Part shown: piece by piece, positions 1 through 10,436 of the stretch | Layout: every line of letters starts with the position of its first letter | How positions within the stretch are numbered: the stretch's first letter is position 1 | NCBI GenBank assembly: GCA_017993235.1 | Contig: JAGONC010000016.1 | Span: 5,072 to 69,071, forward strand | DNA: 64,000 bases | Source of the DNA: Lentimicrobiaceae bacterium | Lineage (GTDB): Bacteria; Bacteroidota; Bacteroidia; Bacteroidales; JAGONC01 | Reading direction: 5' to 3' | Program-made: the position numbers and the translations under genes | Notes under the pieces: generated by a model | Seen by the model: only the letters and a program-made list of their open reading frames with translations | Told to the model about the DNA's origin: nothing | Databases searched by the model: none

Positions 1-2345
1 GCGCCGGTGGCCATCTGAATGCCATTTCTGAACTGGTCGAGAAAACGGGTGGAAGGATCTTCATCAGAAAATTGCCCATCGGTGATTCCACCCTTTCTTC
101 CAGGGAAATCATGGGCAATGAGTCCCAGGAGCGTATGGGACTCATTTTGCGACCTGCAGATGTGCCCCTGCTGAAAGCTATCGCCCAACGGGAACGGGCG
201 CCGATGTACATCGTGGGAGAGGTCACGGGGGATCTTCATTTTGAAGTGATCGACGAAGAAGAGCCAATCCGGCCTATTCATCTTCACCTGAACGATATGT
301 TTGGCAAACCCCCCAGGACGGTGATCGAAGATGAAACGCATATCTCACCACTCGCCGGATTGGTGTATGCAAAAGAGTTGGTACACCATTACCTGGAACA
401 GGTTCTGCAGCTTGAATCCGTGGCATGTAAAGACTGGCTGACCAATAAGGTGGACAGGTCGGTCACCGGGAAGGTGGTTATGCAGCAGACCACAGGGCCA
501 CTTCAGCTCCCGCTCAACAACCTGGGCGTGGTTGCACTGGATTACCGGGGAGCCGCCGGAATCGCCACAGCCATCGGACATGCGCCGGTCGCAGGGCTGA
601 TCAACCCGGAGGCCGGTTCGGTACTTTCGGTGGCGGAAGCCCTGACCAATCTCATCTGGGCCCCGCTGGCTGACGGGATTCGGGGCGTCTCGCTGAGCGC
701 TAACTGGATGTGGCCTGCCAAAAATCCAGGCGAGGATGAACGACTCTACCGCGCTGTGGAAGCCGTGAGCAGGTTCGCTATCGATCTCGGGATCAATGTA
801 CCCACCGGAAAGGATTCCCTTTCCATGACACAGAAATACCCCGGCGGCAGGGTGGTCTTTGCACCGGGAACCCTGATCATCTCCGCAATGAGTGAGGTGA
901 CCGATGTGCGAAAGATCATCACACCCGTTCCGGACCAGGATGTCCGTAAAAAGCTGATTTATATCGATTTGTCGCGACACCCGCTTGAACCTGGCGGAAG
1001 CAGTTTTGCGCAGATCCTCGGACAGCTTGGAAATCAATCACCCACAGTTCAGGATCCTGCCTATTTTGTCAGCGCCTTCAATACGATCCAGTCGCTGATC
1101 GGCGGCGGGAAAATCAGCGCGGGTCATGATGTTTCTGCCGGAGGCATGATCGTCACCCTGCTGGAAATGGCCTTTACCCGGAATGATATCGGGATGGATC
1201 TTGATCTTACCGGATTCAATGAACCTGATCTCATCAAATGTCTTTTCAGCGAGAATCCGGGCGTCATCATCCAGGCTGATCCGGAGGGTGACGTGATGAA
1301 AACACTGAATGACAAGGGTATTGGCTTTCATGTGATCGGTCAGGTATGTCCTGAACGCCAAATGACCATCCGGTGCGGACCGGAGATCCTTACCTTCGAC
1401 ATTGACTCTCTCCGCGATCTCTGGTATAAATCCTCCTATTTGCTCGACCGGAATCAGACCCCGCCCCGCCTTGCACTCGACCGTTACCGGAATTATAAGC
1501 ACCAGCCCCTTACCTTTACCTTTTCACATTCCTTCCAGGGGCGGTTCGGCCCATACGCGATCGTACCCGAAAGAAAGTTTAGAACCGGCATCCCTGCAGC
1601 CATCATTCGCGAAAAGGGAGTCAACGGTGACCGCGAAATGGCCTGGTCGCTCCACCTGGCAGGATTTGATGTGAAGGATGTCCATATGACCGATCTGGTA
1701 GCAGGAAAAGAAGATCTCAGGGATGTTCACTTCATTATTTTTGTGGGAGGATTTTCCAATTCCGATGTGCTGGGATCGGGTAAGGGCTGGGCCGGTGCCT
1801 TTTTGTTCAATCCCAGGGCCAAAAGGGCCCTGGAAAGGTTCTTTCAGCGAAATGACACACTCAGCCTGGGCATGTGCAATGGTTGCCAGGTGCTGGTGGA
1901 ACTCGGACTCATCTACCCCGGTCATCGCAAACCCCCTCGCATGCTTCACAATGAATCCGGTAAATTTGAGTCCGCCTTCGTTAACGTGGATATCATGGAA
2001 AACCATTCGGTGATGCTGCATTCCCTGGCAGGCAGCCGTCTCGGGATATGGGTCTCCCACAGTGAGGGAAGGTTTGAACTGCCGTATGCGGAATCAAGGT
2101 ATCACATTCCCGTCAAGTATTCCTATAGCGATTATCCGGGCAATCCTAATGGATCTCAGTACCGGGCCGCAGCTATTTGCTCAGCGGATGGAAGGCATCT
2201 TGCGATGATGCCGCATATGGAAAGAGCCATATATCCGTGGCAGTGGCCCTGCTATCCTGAGACCCGCCGTGCAGATGAAGTGTCTCCCTGGATCGAAGCG
2301 TTTGTGAATGCAAGGGATTGGATCAAAAAAAACAGTGAATTATGA
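1..2345 (+). CDS. purL: phosphoribosylformylglycinamidine synthase (single-chain PurL), 5'-truncated by the window edge
   Basis: Frame 3 is open from nt 3 ([17 protein letters not shown]... precedes the listed TTG at 72). It has a C-terminal glutamine amidotransferase with nucleophile motif [10 protein letters not shown]. Stop at 2343-2345. Confidence 0.9.
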   Translation, partial: AGGHLNAISELVEKTGGRIFIRKLPIGDSTLSSREIMGNESQERMGLILRPADVPLLKAIAQRERAPMYIVGEVTGDLHFEVIDEEEPIRPIHLHLNDMFGKPPRTVIEDETHISPLAGLVYAKELVHHYLEQVLQLESVACKDWLTNKVDRSVTGKVVMQQTTGPLQLPLNNLGVVALDYRGAAGIATAIGHAPVAGLINPEAGSVLSVAEALTNLIWAPLADGIRGVSLSANWMWPAKNPGEDERLYRAVEAVSRFAIDLGINVPTGKDSLSMTQKYPGGRVVFAPGTLIISAMSEVTDVRKIITPVPDQDVRKKLIYIDLSRHPLEPGGSSFAQILGQLGNQSPTVQDPAYFVSAFNTIQSLIGGGKISAGHDVSAGGMIVTLLEMAFTRNDIGMDLDLTGFNEPDLIKCLFSENPGVIIQADPEGDVMKTLNDKGIGFHVIGQVCPERQMTIRCGPEILTFDIDSLRDLWYKSSYLLDRNQTPPRLALDRYRNYKHQPLTFTFSHSFQGRFGPYAIVPERKFRTGIPAAIIREKGVNGDREMAWSLHLAGFDVKDVHMTDLVAGKEDLRDVHFIIFVGGFSNSDVLGSGKGWAGAFLFNPRAKRALERFFQRNDTLSLGMCNGCQVLVELGLIYPGHRKPPRMLHNESGKFESAFVNVDIMENHSVMLHSLAGSRLGIWVSHSEGRFELPYAESRYHIPVKYSYSDYPGNPNGSQYRAAAICSADGRHLAMMPHMERAIYPWQWPCYPETRRADEVSPWIEAFVNARDWIKKNSEL

Positions 2346-3055
2346 GTATACATCTCCAGGCTTCTCCCGGCCAGATAGCCGAAACGGTATTGTTACCGGG
2401 TGATCCGGTACGGGCCACGTTCATTGCGGAAACCTATCTCGAAAATCCGGTCTGCCATAACCAGATCCGGGGCATGTACGGCTATACGGGTACCTACAAG
2501 GGTCAGCCCGTCTCGGTGCAGGGTACGGGAATGGGAATCCCCTCCATCGCTATCTATGTTCATGAACTGATCGTGGACTATCGCGTGAAAAACCTGATAC
2601 GGATCGGCTCCTGCGGAGCCATTCAGAAGGATATCGGTATCCGGGATGTCATCCTGGCCATGTCGGCATCAACAGATTCAAATTTCAATAAACAACGATT
2701 CAACCAGATGGATTTTGCACCCACTGCCAGCTTCGGGCTTTTACAACGGGCATGGGATGTGGCTAACCGGCTGAATATCAAGGTTGATGTTGGAAATGTG
2801 CTGACTTCGGATATCTTTTATTATGAAGATGGACAGGCAGATCCCTTCCAGGTCTGGAAGGATTACGGTGTGCTGGTGGTCGAAATGGAAACCACAGCAC
2901 TCTACACCTTGGCGGCCCGTTACGGAGTGAATGCATTGTCGATCCTTACGGTTAGTGACAACATATATCATAATTTACATATAACCACACGGGAACGCGA
3001 ACGCTCCTTCCGGCAAATGATCGAGATCGCGCTGGAAGTTGCCGGTGGCGTTTAG
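2342..3055 (+). CDS. deoD: purine nucleoside phosphorylase, DeoD type
   Basis: 237 aa with [17 protein letters not shown] and [10 protein letters not shown] motifs of hexameric PNP. ATGA start/stop overlap with purL. Confidence 0.9.
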   Translation: MSIHLQASPGQIAETVLLPGDPVRATFIAETYLENPVCHNQIRGMYGYTGTYKGQPVSVQGTGMGIPSIAIYVHELIVDYRVKNLIRIGSCGAIQKDIGIRDVILAMSASTDSNFNKQRFNQMDFAPTASFGLLQRAWDVANRLNIKVDVGNVLTSDIFYYEDGQADPFQVWKDYGVLVVEMETTALYTLAARYGVNALSILTVSDNIYHNLHITTRERERSFRQMIEIALEVAGGV

Positions 3056-3060
3056 AAATT

Positions 3061-3130
3061 GTCAATTGTCAATTGTCGATTGTCGATTGTCAATTGAAAA
3101 TTAATAATTGACAATCGACAACTGACAATT
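3061..3130. terminator. heptamer tandem repeat (GTCRATT x5) folding with a downstream inverted copy into a long hairpin
   Basis: 3061-3095 holds five 7-nt units. 3082-3095 (gtcgattgtcaatt) is perfectly complementary to 3106-3119 (aattgacaatcgac) across a 10-nt loop, and weaker pairing extends to about 3068/3130. It lies between the deoD stop and the next gene. There is no U-tract. Confidence 0.5.
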
Positions 3131-3180
3131 TAATAAAGAAACCCTGTAATCCTTTCTGACCAAACTAAATTCATTACTGT

Positions 3181-4959
3181 ATGGCAACAATTAACCGCAT
3201 TTTCGACATCCTGGAAGAGATGTCAGTGGATCATCAGCATATCCAGGATGTGCTGGCCTATAAGAAAAATGGACAATGGATCAGCTTCTCTGCCATGGAT
3301 TACATTCACCATGCCAACCAGGTGAGCAAAGCCCTGCTTGCACTCGGAATAAAAAAGGGGGATAAGGTTGCCACCATCCTTTCCAACAGCCCGCAATGGA
3401 ATTTTATGGACATGGGACTCATGCAGATCGGGGCAGTTCAGGTTCCTATCTATTCGACCATAAGCAATGATAATTTCAGGCACATTTTTACGGAAGCTGA
3501 TGTACAGGCTGTTTTCATTACCTCCAGGGATGTCTATGACAGGATCAGGCCGGTCATTATGGACATACAATCCATAAAAGCGGTGTACCTGGTGGACGAA
3601 GCGGAAGGGGTGAAAAACTGGAACGAGTTCCTTGCCCTGGGGGATGACATCCCCCAGCACCGCGTCGATGAACTGAAAACCACCCTGGGCACGCATGATC
3701 TGGTTTCGGTCATCTATACCTCCGGCACGACGGGAACTCCCAAAGGAGTCATGCTTTCGCACCAGAATTTCATCAGCCAGTTTCTGACAGTGAGTGAGAT
3801 CATCCGGGTCGACATGGTGAGCAGGGTCATGAGCTTTCTTCCCCTGTGTCACGTGTACGAAAGGATGCTGAATTACATGTACCAGCACCTGGGCATTTCG
3901 GTCTACTATGCTGAAAGCATTGATAAGCTGTCAGATAATCTTCGTGAGGTTCATCCTGAATTATTCTGTGCGGTTCCAAGGGTGATCGAAAAATCGTTCG
4001 ACAGGATCATGGCAAAAGGCAGGGAGCTGAAAGGGATCAAGCGCTTGCTGTTTTTCTGGGCTGTCAACCTGGGGTACCGGTTTGAGCTGAACGGGGCCAA
4101 TGGTATGGGGTATGAGCTTAAGCGAAAGATTGCCGATAAACTGATCTACAGCAAATGGAGGAATGCGCTGGGAGGCAAACTGCGCATCATTGTCTCAGGC
4201 GGTGCCACCCTGCAGCCTCGGCTTGCCCGTGTATTCTGGGCTGCCAGGATCAAGGTGATCGAGGGCTACGGTCTTACCGAAACCTCACCGGTCATCGCTG
4301 TTTCGAATTTCGAAAGGGATGGTGTTTGCTTTGGTACGGTCGGAAAGGTGCTTCCCGGTGTGACACTGGGCTTTGCAAGCGATGGGGAAATTCTCTGCAA
4401 GGGCCCTAATATCATGCTGGGCTATTTCAAACATCCCCAGCTTACCCGGGAGGTGATCGACTCGGAGGGATGGTTCCATACCGGGGATATTGGTCTGCTG
4501 ATTCAAAACAAATACCTTCAGATCACCGACCGCAAGAAAGAGATGTTTAAAACTTCCGGGGGAAAGTACATCGCTCCCCAGGTACTGGAAGTGCTCTTCA
4601 AAGCCTCTCCCTTCATTGATGGCGTAATGGTCGTGGGTGAGAACAGGCATTATCCAGCAGCCATCATCGTTCCCGATTTTCAGCATCTCCGCTCCTGGTG
4701 CAGGGTTAAGAACCATCCCTATACCTCCGATGCTGACGCTGTGAAAGATAAAAGGATCATCGACCGTATCCAGCGGGAGATCGACCAGGTCAACACAACA
4801 CTGGATAAAACAGAACAAGTCAAACGGGTGGCTTTGCTGGATAAGCCCTGGACAGTGGAAAAGGGCGACCTCAGCCAAACATTGAAGCTGAGAAGGAAAT
4901 ACCTGATGGAGAAATACAGGGATGTAATCGAAGGACTGTATCTTAATGCAGGATCTTAA
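3181..4959 (+). CDS. long-chain acyl-CoA synthetase (AMP-forming, ANL superfamily)
   Basis: 592 aa with AMP-binding signature YTSGTTGTPKGVMLSH plus GYGLTE and GWFHTGD motifs. Confidence 0.85.
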   Translation: MATINRIFDILEEMSVDHQHIQDVLAYKKNGQWISFSAMDYIHHANQVSKALLALGIKKGDKVATILSNSPQWNFMDMGLMQIGAVQVPIYSTISNDNFRHIFTEADVQAVFITSRDVYDRIRPVIMDIQSIKAVYLVDEAEGVKNWNEFLALGDDIPQHRVDELKTTLGTHDLVSVIYTSGTTGTPKGVMLSHQNFISQFLTVSEIIRVDMVSRVMSFLPLCHVYERMLNYMYQHLGISVYYAESIDKLSDNLREVHPELFCAVPRVIEKSFDRIMAKGRELKGIKRLLFFWAVNLGYRFELNGANGMGYELKRKIADKLIYSKWRNALGGKLRIIVSGGATLQPRLARVFWAARIKVIEGYGLTETSPVIAVSNFERDGVCFGTVGKVLPGVTLGFASDGEILCKGPNIMLGYFKHPQLTREVIDSEGWFHTGDIGLLIQNKYLQITDRKKEMFKTSGGKYIAPQVLEVLFKASPFIDGVMVVGENRHYPAAIIVPDFQHLRSWCRVKNHPYTSDADAVKDKRIIDRIQREIDQVNTTLDKTEQVKRVALLDKPWTVEKGDLSQTLKLRRKYLMEKYRDVIEGLYLNAGS

Positions 4960-5950
4960 ACACCAGTTCCTTTAGCAGCTCCCCGTCATCCGCCGACACA
5001 TTATCCACACCCTTGGATTTCAAATCATATTCCCTCAGGTAGGAAATGATCCGTACAAGCTGGCCCGGATTATAATTCAGCGCCGTATTCTGGTAGTCCT
5101 GTACGAAATAGGGACTTACTGACAAAGCCGCAGCTGCGCTGTTCCTGGATTTGTCTTTGAGCTGGTGAAAGATGAGCACTTTGGAGAAAAAGGCATACAG
5201 AATGGATAAGACCTTAATGAGAGGATTTTCCTTAGGATTACTGGCAAAATAAGCCGCAATCTGATTGGCCCTGAAAATGTCCCTGTTCCCCAGGGCCCGC
5301 TGCAGTTCGAAGACATTATAATCTTTACTGACTCCGACGTGTTTTTCGACCAATGCGTCGTCAACCTCCTTTTTATCCGGGATGTTGATCAGGAGTTTAC
5401 TGATTTCATTAACGATACGGGTCAGATCACTTCCCAGGTATTCCGTCAGCATCATGGTAGCTTTGGGCGTAATGTTGTATCCCTTTGCTTTGATAAAATC
5501 CCTTATCCAATCCGGAATTTTATTTTCGTAAACCTTTTGTGATTCAAAGATGACTCCTTTTTTTTCAATGGCTTTGGCCAGTGATTTACGCTTATCCAGT
5601 TTTTTATATTTATAACACAACACCAGCAGTGTTGTCAGGGAGGGATTTTCGATGTAAACCAGCAGCTCATCAAAATTCCTTGCCTCCTGTGCTTCCCTAA
5701 CGATTACCACCTGACGTTCGGCCATCATGGGAAATTGCCGGGCGCAGTCCATGATCATCCCGGCATCGGTGTCCTTACCGTAGATGACGTTGAGGTTGAA
5801 GTCCTTTTCTTCATCCGGGACGATCTGTTCCTCAAAATAATCTGCCAGTTCATCAATAAAATAGGACTCCTCTCCGGTCAGAAGATATACCGGATAGAAC
5901 TTATTATTTTTCAGGTCACCGCGTATTTGGTCATAGGTCATGGAAGGCAT
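4943..5950 (-). CDS. holA: DNA polymerase III delta subunit
   Basis: 335 aa with the PVYLLTGEESYFIDE N-terminus and clamp-loader delta architecture. 17-nt convergent overlap with the acyl-CoA synthetase gene. Confidence 0.8.
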   Translation of the reverse strand: MPSMTYDQIRGDLKNNKFYPVYLLTGEESYFIDELADYFEEQIVPDEEKDFNLNVIYGKDTDAGMIMDCARQFPMMAERQVVIVREAQEARNFDELLVYIENPSLTTLLVLCYKYKKLDKRKSLAKAIEKKGVIFESQKVYENKIPDWIRDFIKAKGYNITPKATMMLTEYLGSDLTRIVNEISKLLINIPDKKEVDDALVEKHVGVSKDYNVFELQRALGNRDIFRANQIAAYFASNPKENPLIKVLSILYAFFSKVLIFHQLKDKSRNSAAAALSVSPYFVQDYQNTALNYNPGQLVRIISYLREYDLKSKGVDNVSADDGELLKELVFKILH

Positions 5951-5968
5951 GAGGGGAGAGCTTATGAA

Positions 5969-6745
5969 TTAAAACCGCAGATGCTTCACGGTAAGACCTT
6001 CGTTGATCAGTTGTTTCAATGATTCAATGCCAATCCTTACATGTTGTTCAACGAATTCTGCTGATACCTTCTGATCGCTTTGCTCTGTTTTTATTCCTGA
6101 TGAGATCATGGGCTGGTCAGAAACCAGCAGTAGTGCCCCGGTGGGGATCTTGTTGGCAAATCCGACAATGAATATGGTGGCGGTTTCCAGATCGATTCCC
6201 ATGCACCGGGTTTTACGAAGGTATTTTTTAAAGGGTTCATCATATTCCCAGACCCTTCTGTTGGTGGTATACACCGTTCCGGTCCAATAATCCCGTTCAA
6301 AGTCGCGGATCGTCGTGGAAACGGCTTTTTGGAGGCTAAAGGCCGGCAGTGCAGGGATTTCCGGGGGCAGGTAATCATTCGACGTTCCCTCACCCCGGAT
6401 GGCGGCAATGGGCAATATCAGGTCGCCGACATTGTTTTTCTTTTTCAATCCCCCACATTTTCCGAGAAACAAACAGGCCCTGGGATGAACAGCGCTCAGC
6501 AGATCCATTACCGTTGCTGCATTGGCGCTGCCCATGCCAAATTTGATCATGGTGATCTGGCCCGAGGTTGCACAGGGCATCGGCCGCTCAGCACCCCGGA
6601 TCTCCGCACCCGTTATGCCGGTAAACAGTTCAAGGTACTGGCTGAAATTTACCAGCAGGATATACTGGCCGAATTCTTCCAGGTTCATTCCGGTATACCT
6701 TGGAAGCCAGTTGGTTACTATATCCGTTTTTGTGGTTAATGGCAT
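5969..6745 (-). CDS. amn: AMP nucleosidase (short form, PNP_UDP_1 fold)
   Basis: 258 aa. FGMGSANAATVMDLL, LGKCGGL and RGEGTS motifs resemble the catalytic domain of E. coli Amn. Confidence 0.7.
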   Translation of the reverse strand: MPLTTKTDIVTNWLPRYTGMNLEEFGQYILLVNFSQYLELFTGITGAEIRGAERPMPCATSGQITMIKFGMGSANAATVMDLLSAVHPRACLFLGKCGGLKKKNNVGDLILPIAAIRGEGTSNDYLPPEIPALPAFSLQKAVSTTIRDFERDYWTGTVYTTNRRVWEYDEPFKKYLRKTRCMGIDLETATIFIVGFANKIPTGALLLVSDQPMISSGIKTEQSDQKVSAEFVEQHVRIGIESLKQLINEGLTVKHLRF

Positions 6746-6762
6746 ATCTCCTGATTTATTGA

Positions 6763-6770
6763 CAAAAATA
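6763..6770 (-). promoter_or_regulatory. Bacteroidota -7 promoter box TAttTTTG (amn-holA operon)
   Basis: The reverse complement of caaaaata is TATTTTTG. It lies 18 nt upstream of the ATG at 6745. Confidence 0.5.
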
Positions 6771-6877
6771 GGATTATTTTACGTATCATTTAGGAAACAG
6801 CCTGACCGGAATTTCCGTAAAAGGAAAATGAAGATCAGTGCCCGGTTTTATTCATCATGGGTGACTGAAGGACAATA

Positions 6878-9067
6878 ATGCCCGGATTCCCTTTTTATAA
6901 GCAACTGGATGCCATGGATTGCGGTCCGTCGTGTTTACGGATGATCGCCAGGTTCCATGGAAAGACCTATTCCCTCCAGACACTCAGGGAGCGCAGTTAC
7001 CTTACGCGGGAAGGCGTTTCCCTGCTGGGAACCAGCGATGCAGCAGAGTCCATTGGTTTGAGGACCATGGGCGTCAGGCTGGGTTTTGATCAGTTGCGGG
7101 ATGAAGCGCCGTTGCCGGCCATCGTTCATTGGCGGCAAAAGCATTTTATTGTCGTGTATAAAATCAAAAAGGATCAGGTCTATTGTGCAGATCCGGCCAT
7201 CGGACTGATCCGCTATACGGTCGGGGAATTTCTGCAGGGCTGGATCAGTAGCCTGAAAGAAGGCGAAAAGCAGGGTGTGGCACTGCTGCTGGAACCTACC
7301 CCTGATTTTTATACACTGGATGATGAACCGGTCAGGAAGAACAACCTGAAGTACCTGCTTTCCTACCTGAAACCTCATCGGAAGTACCTGGCACAGGTCC
7401 TTGGTGGAATACTGATCGCCAGCCTGCTGCAGCTCATCTTTCCGTTCCTCACGCAATCCATCGTTGATATCGGTATCAACAACCAGGATCTGGGATTTAT
7501 CACCCTGGTCCTGATTGCGCAGCTGGTTCTGTTCATCAGTCAGACAGCCGTTGAATTCATCCGGGGATGGATCATGCTGCACATCAATACCCGGGTAAAT
7601 GTATCCCTGATCTCGGATTTCCTGGCCAAACTGATGCGGCTCCCCATTGGATTCTTTGACACCAGGATGATGGGCGACCTGATGCAACGCATCGGCGATC
7701 ACCGCCGGATCGAGGCATTTCTGACCGGCTCATCCCTGAACATCATTTTTTCAACTTTTACTTTCCTGATCTTTGCCATTGTACTTGCCGTGTACAGCTG
7801 GATGATACTGGCCATATTCCTTGCTGGCAGCATTCTCTATGTAGTATGGGTCTTGCTTTTTCTCAGAAAACGGAGGGAACTGGATTATAAACGGTTTACA
7901 CATCTGTCGGAGAACCAGGGTAATCTGATCCAGCTCATCACAGGTATGCAGGAGATCAAACTAAACAATTGCGAGAAACAGAAAAGATGGGAGTGGGAGC
8001 GGATACAGGCAAGGATCTTCAGGGTGAACCTGAAGGGGCTCTCGCTGAATCAGTTTCAACAGGCAGGCGCCGGCTTCTTCAACCAGCTGAAGAACATCAT
8101 CATCACTTTTATTGCAGCCAAGGCAGTGGTGGACGGGAATATGACCCTGGGGATGATGGTGGCGGTACAGTACATCATCGGGCAACTGAATGCTCCGGTT
8201 GAGCAGCTCATCCAGTTCATCCGCTCGGCGCAGGATGCCCAGATCAGCCTGGAAAGGCTGGGGGAGATCCATCAGAAAGAAGACGAAGAGTCGTTTGACC
8301 ATGCTAAGATTACCATCCTGCCCCAGAAGAGGGAGATCACCCTCAGTAGTGTCGCATTCCAGTATGAAGGGCCGCATTCGCCTTTTGTACTGAAGGATAT
8401 CGAACTGGTAATCCCTCAGCATAAGGTAACGGCAATCGTTGGCCCGAGCGGAAGTGGTAAAACCACCCTGATCAAGCTTCTCCTGGGTTTTTACGGGACG
8501 ACCAGCGGAGAGATCCGTGTCGGGGATGTAAATCTACAGCACCTGTCGAATCGTATATGGCGTGAGAAATGCGGGGCAGTCATGCAGGATGGTTTCATTT
8601 TCTCGGATTCCATCGCCCGGAATATAGCGGTCGGCGAAGAGGTTGGGGATAAAGACCGGATGTTCCATGCGGTTAACATGGCAAATATCCAGGACTATAT
8701 TGAATCCCTGCCGCTGACCTATAATACCCGGATCGGCAGCGAGGGTATCGGCCTGAGTCAGGGACAGAAGCAACGCATGCTCATTGCACGTGCCATCTAT
8801 AAAAATCCGGATTATCTTTTCTTCGACGAGGCCACCAATGCACTGGATGCCAATAATGAAAAGGTGATCATGGAAAACCTTCAGCAATTTTTCAGGGGGA
8901 AAACGGTCATCATCGTGGCGCACCGGCTCAGCACCGTGATGAATGCCGACCAGATCATTGTCCTGGAAAATGGAAGGATCACCGAAAAGGGGAATCACCG
9001 GGAGCTTACAGAACGCAAGGGTTCCTATTTCAACCTGGTCAGGAATCAGCTTGAGCTGGGGACGTAA
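6878..9067 (+). CDS. peptidase-C39-containing ABC exporter (PCAT, bacteriocin/peptide processing-secretion type)
   Basis: N-terminal C39 domain with candidate catalytic residues (LDAMDCGPSCL Cys, HFIVVY His, CADPA Asp). Followed by a TM exporter domain, Walker A GPSGSGKTT, signature LSQGQKQR, Walker B LFFDEAT and H-loop VAHRLS. Confidence 0.9.
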   Translation: MPGFPFYKQLDAMDCGPSCLRMIARFHGKTYSLQTLRERSYLTREGVSLLGTSDAAESIGLRTMGVRLGFDQLRDEAPLPAIVHWRQKHFIVVYKIKKDQVYCADPAIGLIRYTVGEFLQGWISSLKEGEKQGVALLLEPTPDFYTLDDEPVRKNNLKYLLSYLKPHRKYLAQVLGGILIASLLQLIFPFLTQSIVDIGINNQDLGFITLVLIAQLVLFISQTAVEFIRGWIMLHINTRVNVSLISDFLAKLMRLPIGFFDTRMMGDLMQRIGDHRRIEAFLTGSSLNIIFSTFTFLIFAIVLAVYSWMILAIFLAGSILYVVWVLLFLRKRRELDYKRFTHLSENQGNLIQLITGMQEIKLNNCEKQKRWEWERIQARIFRVNLKGLSLNQFQQAGAGFFNQLKNIIITFIAAKAVVDGNMTLGMMVAVQYIIGQLNAPVEQLIQFIRSAQDAQISLERLGEIHQKEDEESFDHAKITILPQKREITLSSVAFQYEGPHSPFVLKDIELVIPQHKVTAIVGPSGSGKTTLIKLLLGFYGTTSGEIRVGDVNLQHLSNRIWREKCGAVMQDGFIFSDSIARNIAVGEEVGDKDRMFHAVNMANIQDYIESLPLTYNTRIGSEGIGLSQGQKQRMLIARAIYKNPDYLFFDEATNALDANNEKVIMENLQQFFRGKTVIIVAHRLSTVMNADQIIVLENGRITEKGNHRELTERKGSYFNLVRNQLELGT

Positions 9068-9089
9068 GATTAGGGGAATTTAAATATAT

Positions 9090-10430
9090 ATGTCTGAAAA
9101 TCAACAAAATATAAATATCGAGGTTCACAGTGATGAAATCCAGGATGTCCTTGGGCGCCAGCCCAAAGGTATTTTACGGTGGGGCCTTTTGATCATCGTG
9201 CTGATTTTGCTGATCATCCTCATCGGGAGCTGGTTCTTCACCTATCCGGATATCATTCCTGCCACCCTGGAGGTAACCTCCGAAAATCCACCGGCTTACA
9301 TGGAATCCCGCGTGAGCGGGAAGCTGGAAAAGATGATGGTCGCCGATAAACAGACCGTGGATAGCGGAACGATCCTGGCCATTATCGAAAATCCCGCTTA
9401 CTATGCGGATGTGATCAGGCTGAAAGAATACCTTGAACGTATTGCCCTTTCTGTCAGGGAGTACAGCCTTCTGGCGCTGGATTCTGCACACACGTTACGC
9501 AATCTGCAACTGGGTGAAATACAGCCGTATTATACTGATTTTCTGGTAAGTCTGGAGGATTATGACCACTTTCAGAAACTGGGATATTATTCCAGAAAGA
9601 TACAGTCGTATCAGGATGAACTGACCATTTACAATGAACTGGTCGACCGGCTGACGGATCAGCAGGATATCCTGGCCGAAGACCGCCTGCTGAAGGAAAA
9701 AGACCTGAACCGGAGCCAACAGCTTTTCGACAGCAGTGTGATCACACAGGCTGATATGGAGCGGTCGAGAAGTGAGTACCTCCAGAAAAGGCTTTCCTAT
9801 GAGGAATCCCGGGAGGAACTGGCCAATGCCAGGATACAGATCGCCCGGCTGAGGCAGAATATACTTGATCTCAGGCTTCAGGAAGTTCAACAATCCAAAA
9901 AACTTCAGCTGCGAATCAGTGAGACCTATGAAAATCTCCTGGCTCAGATCGATATCTGGGAGAACCTCTACGCCTTGAAGGCACCTTTCAGGGGCATGGT
10001 TACCTATAACCGGTACTGGACGGAGAATCAAAATGTCAATCTGGGTGATAAAGTAATGGCGATCGTCCCTGTCAGGGAGAGCCAGATGATCGGGAAACTC
10101 AGGCTAGGCGCCAGGGGGGCAGGTAAGGTGATGGTAGGGCAGGACGTCAACGTCAGGTTTCCGAACTATCCCTATATGGAATTCGGGATGGTCACGGGGA
10201 AAGTCAATAAAATCTCCATGGTGCCCTCGGAGGATGAGTTTTATCTTGTGGAGGTCACCTTCCCGGAAGGCCTCAGGACGAACTATGGCCTTGTCCTTGA
10301 TTTCAATCAGAAGATGACGGGCCAGGCTGAGATCATTACGGATGAAATGCCTTTGCTGATACGCATCATACGGCCTGTCAGATCCCTGTTCAAGAACCGT
10401 TCTGTTCATTCCTTTCCGGAGAACCTGTAA
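9090..10430 (+). CDS. HlyD-family membrane fusion / secretion protein
   Basis: 446 aa with a single N-terminal TM (WGLLIIVLILLIILIGSWFF), a long coiled-coil middle and a beta-rich C-terminus. Starts 22 nt after the ABC gene. Confidence 0.85.
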   Translation: MSENQQNINIEVHSDEIQDVLGRQPKGILRWGLLIIVLILLIILIGSWFFTYPDIIPATLEVTSENPPAYMESRVSGKLEKMMVADKQTVDSGTILAIIENPAYYADVIRLKEYLERIALSVREYSLLALDSAHTLRNLQLGEIQPYYTDFLVSLEDYDHFQKLGYYSRKIQSYQDELTIYNELVDRLTDQQDILAEDRLLKEKDLNRSQQLFDSSVITQADMERSRSEYLQKRLSYEESREELANARIQIARLRQNILDLRLQEVQQSKKLQLRISETYENLLAQIDIWENLYALKAPFRGMVTYNRYWTENQNVNLGDKVMAIVPVRESQMIGKLRLGARGAGKVMVGQDVNVRFPNYPYMEFGMVTGKVNKISMVPSEDEFYLVEVTFPEGLRTNYGLVLDFNQKMTGQAEIITDEMPLLIRIIRPVRSLFKNRSVHSFPENL

Positions 10431-10436
10431 ACAAAG

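Noticed and set aside
72-74. The TTG at 72 as the purL start. The TTG/GTG-extended starts at 15409, 15433, 18614, 18816, 32694, 50224, 56635 and 62009 were considered in the same way.
   Set aside because: The purL frame is open to the window edge and the protein is clearly N-terminally incomplete. For the other genes, an in-frame ATG a few codons downstream fits family N-termini and/or promoter-box positions better.
6828-6878. A 16-codon ORF (MKISARFYSSWVTEGQ) immediately upstream of the C39-ABC exporter, considered as the exported precursor peptide.
   Set aside because: It has no double-glycine-type leader motif and is too short to hold a leader plus a core peptide. Its stop overlaps the exporter start by chance (TAATG).
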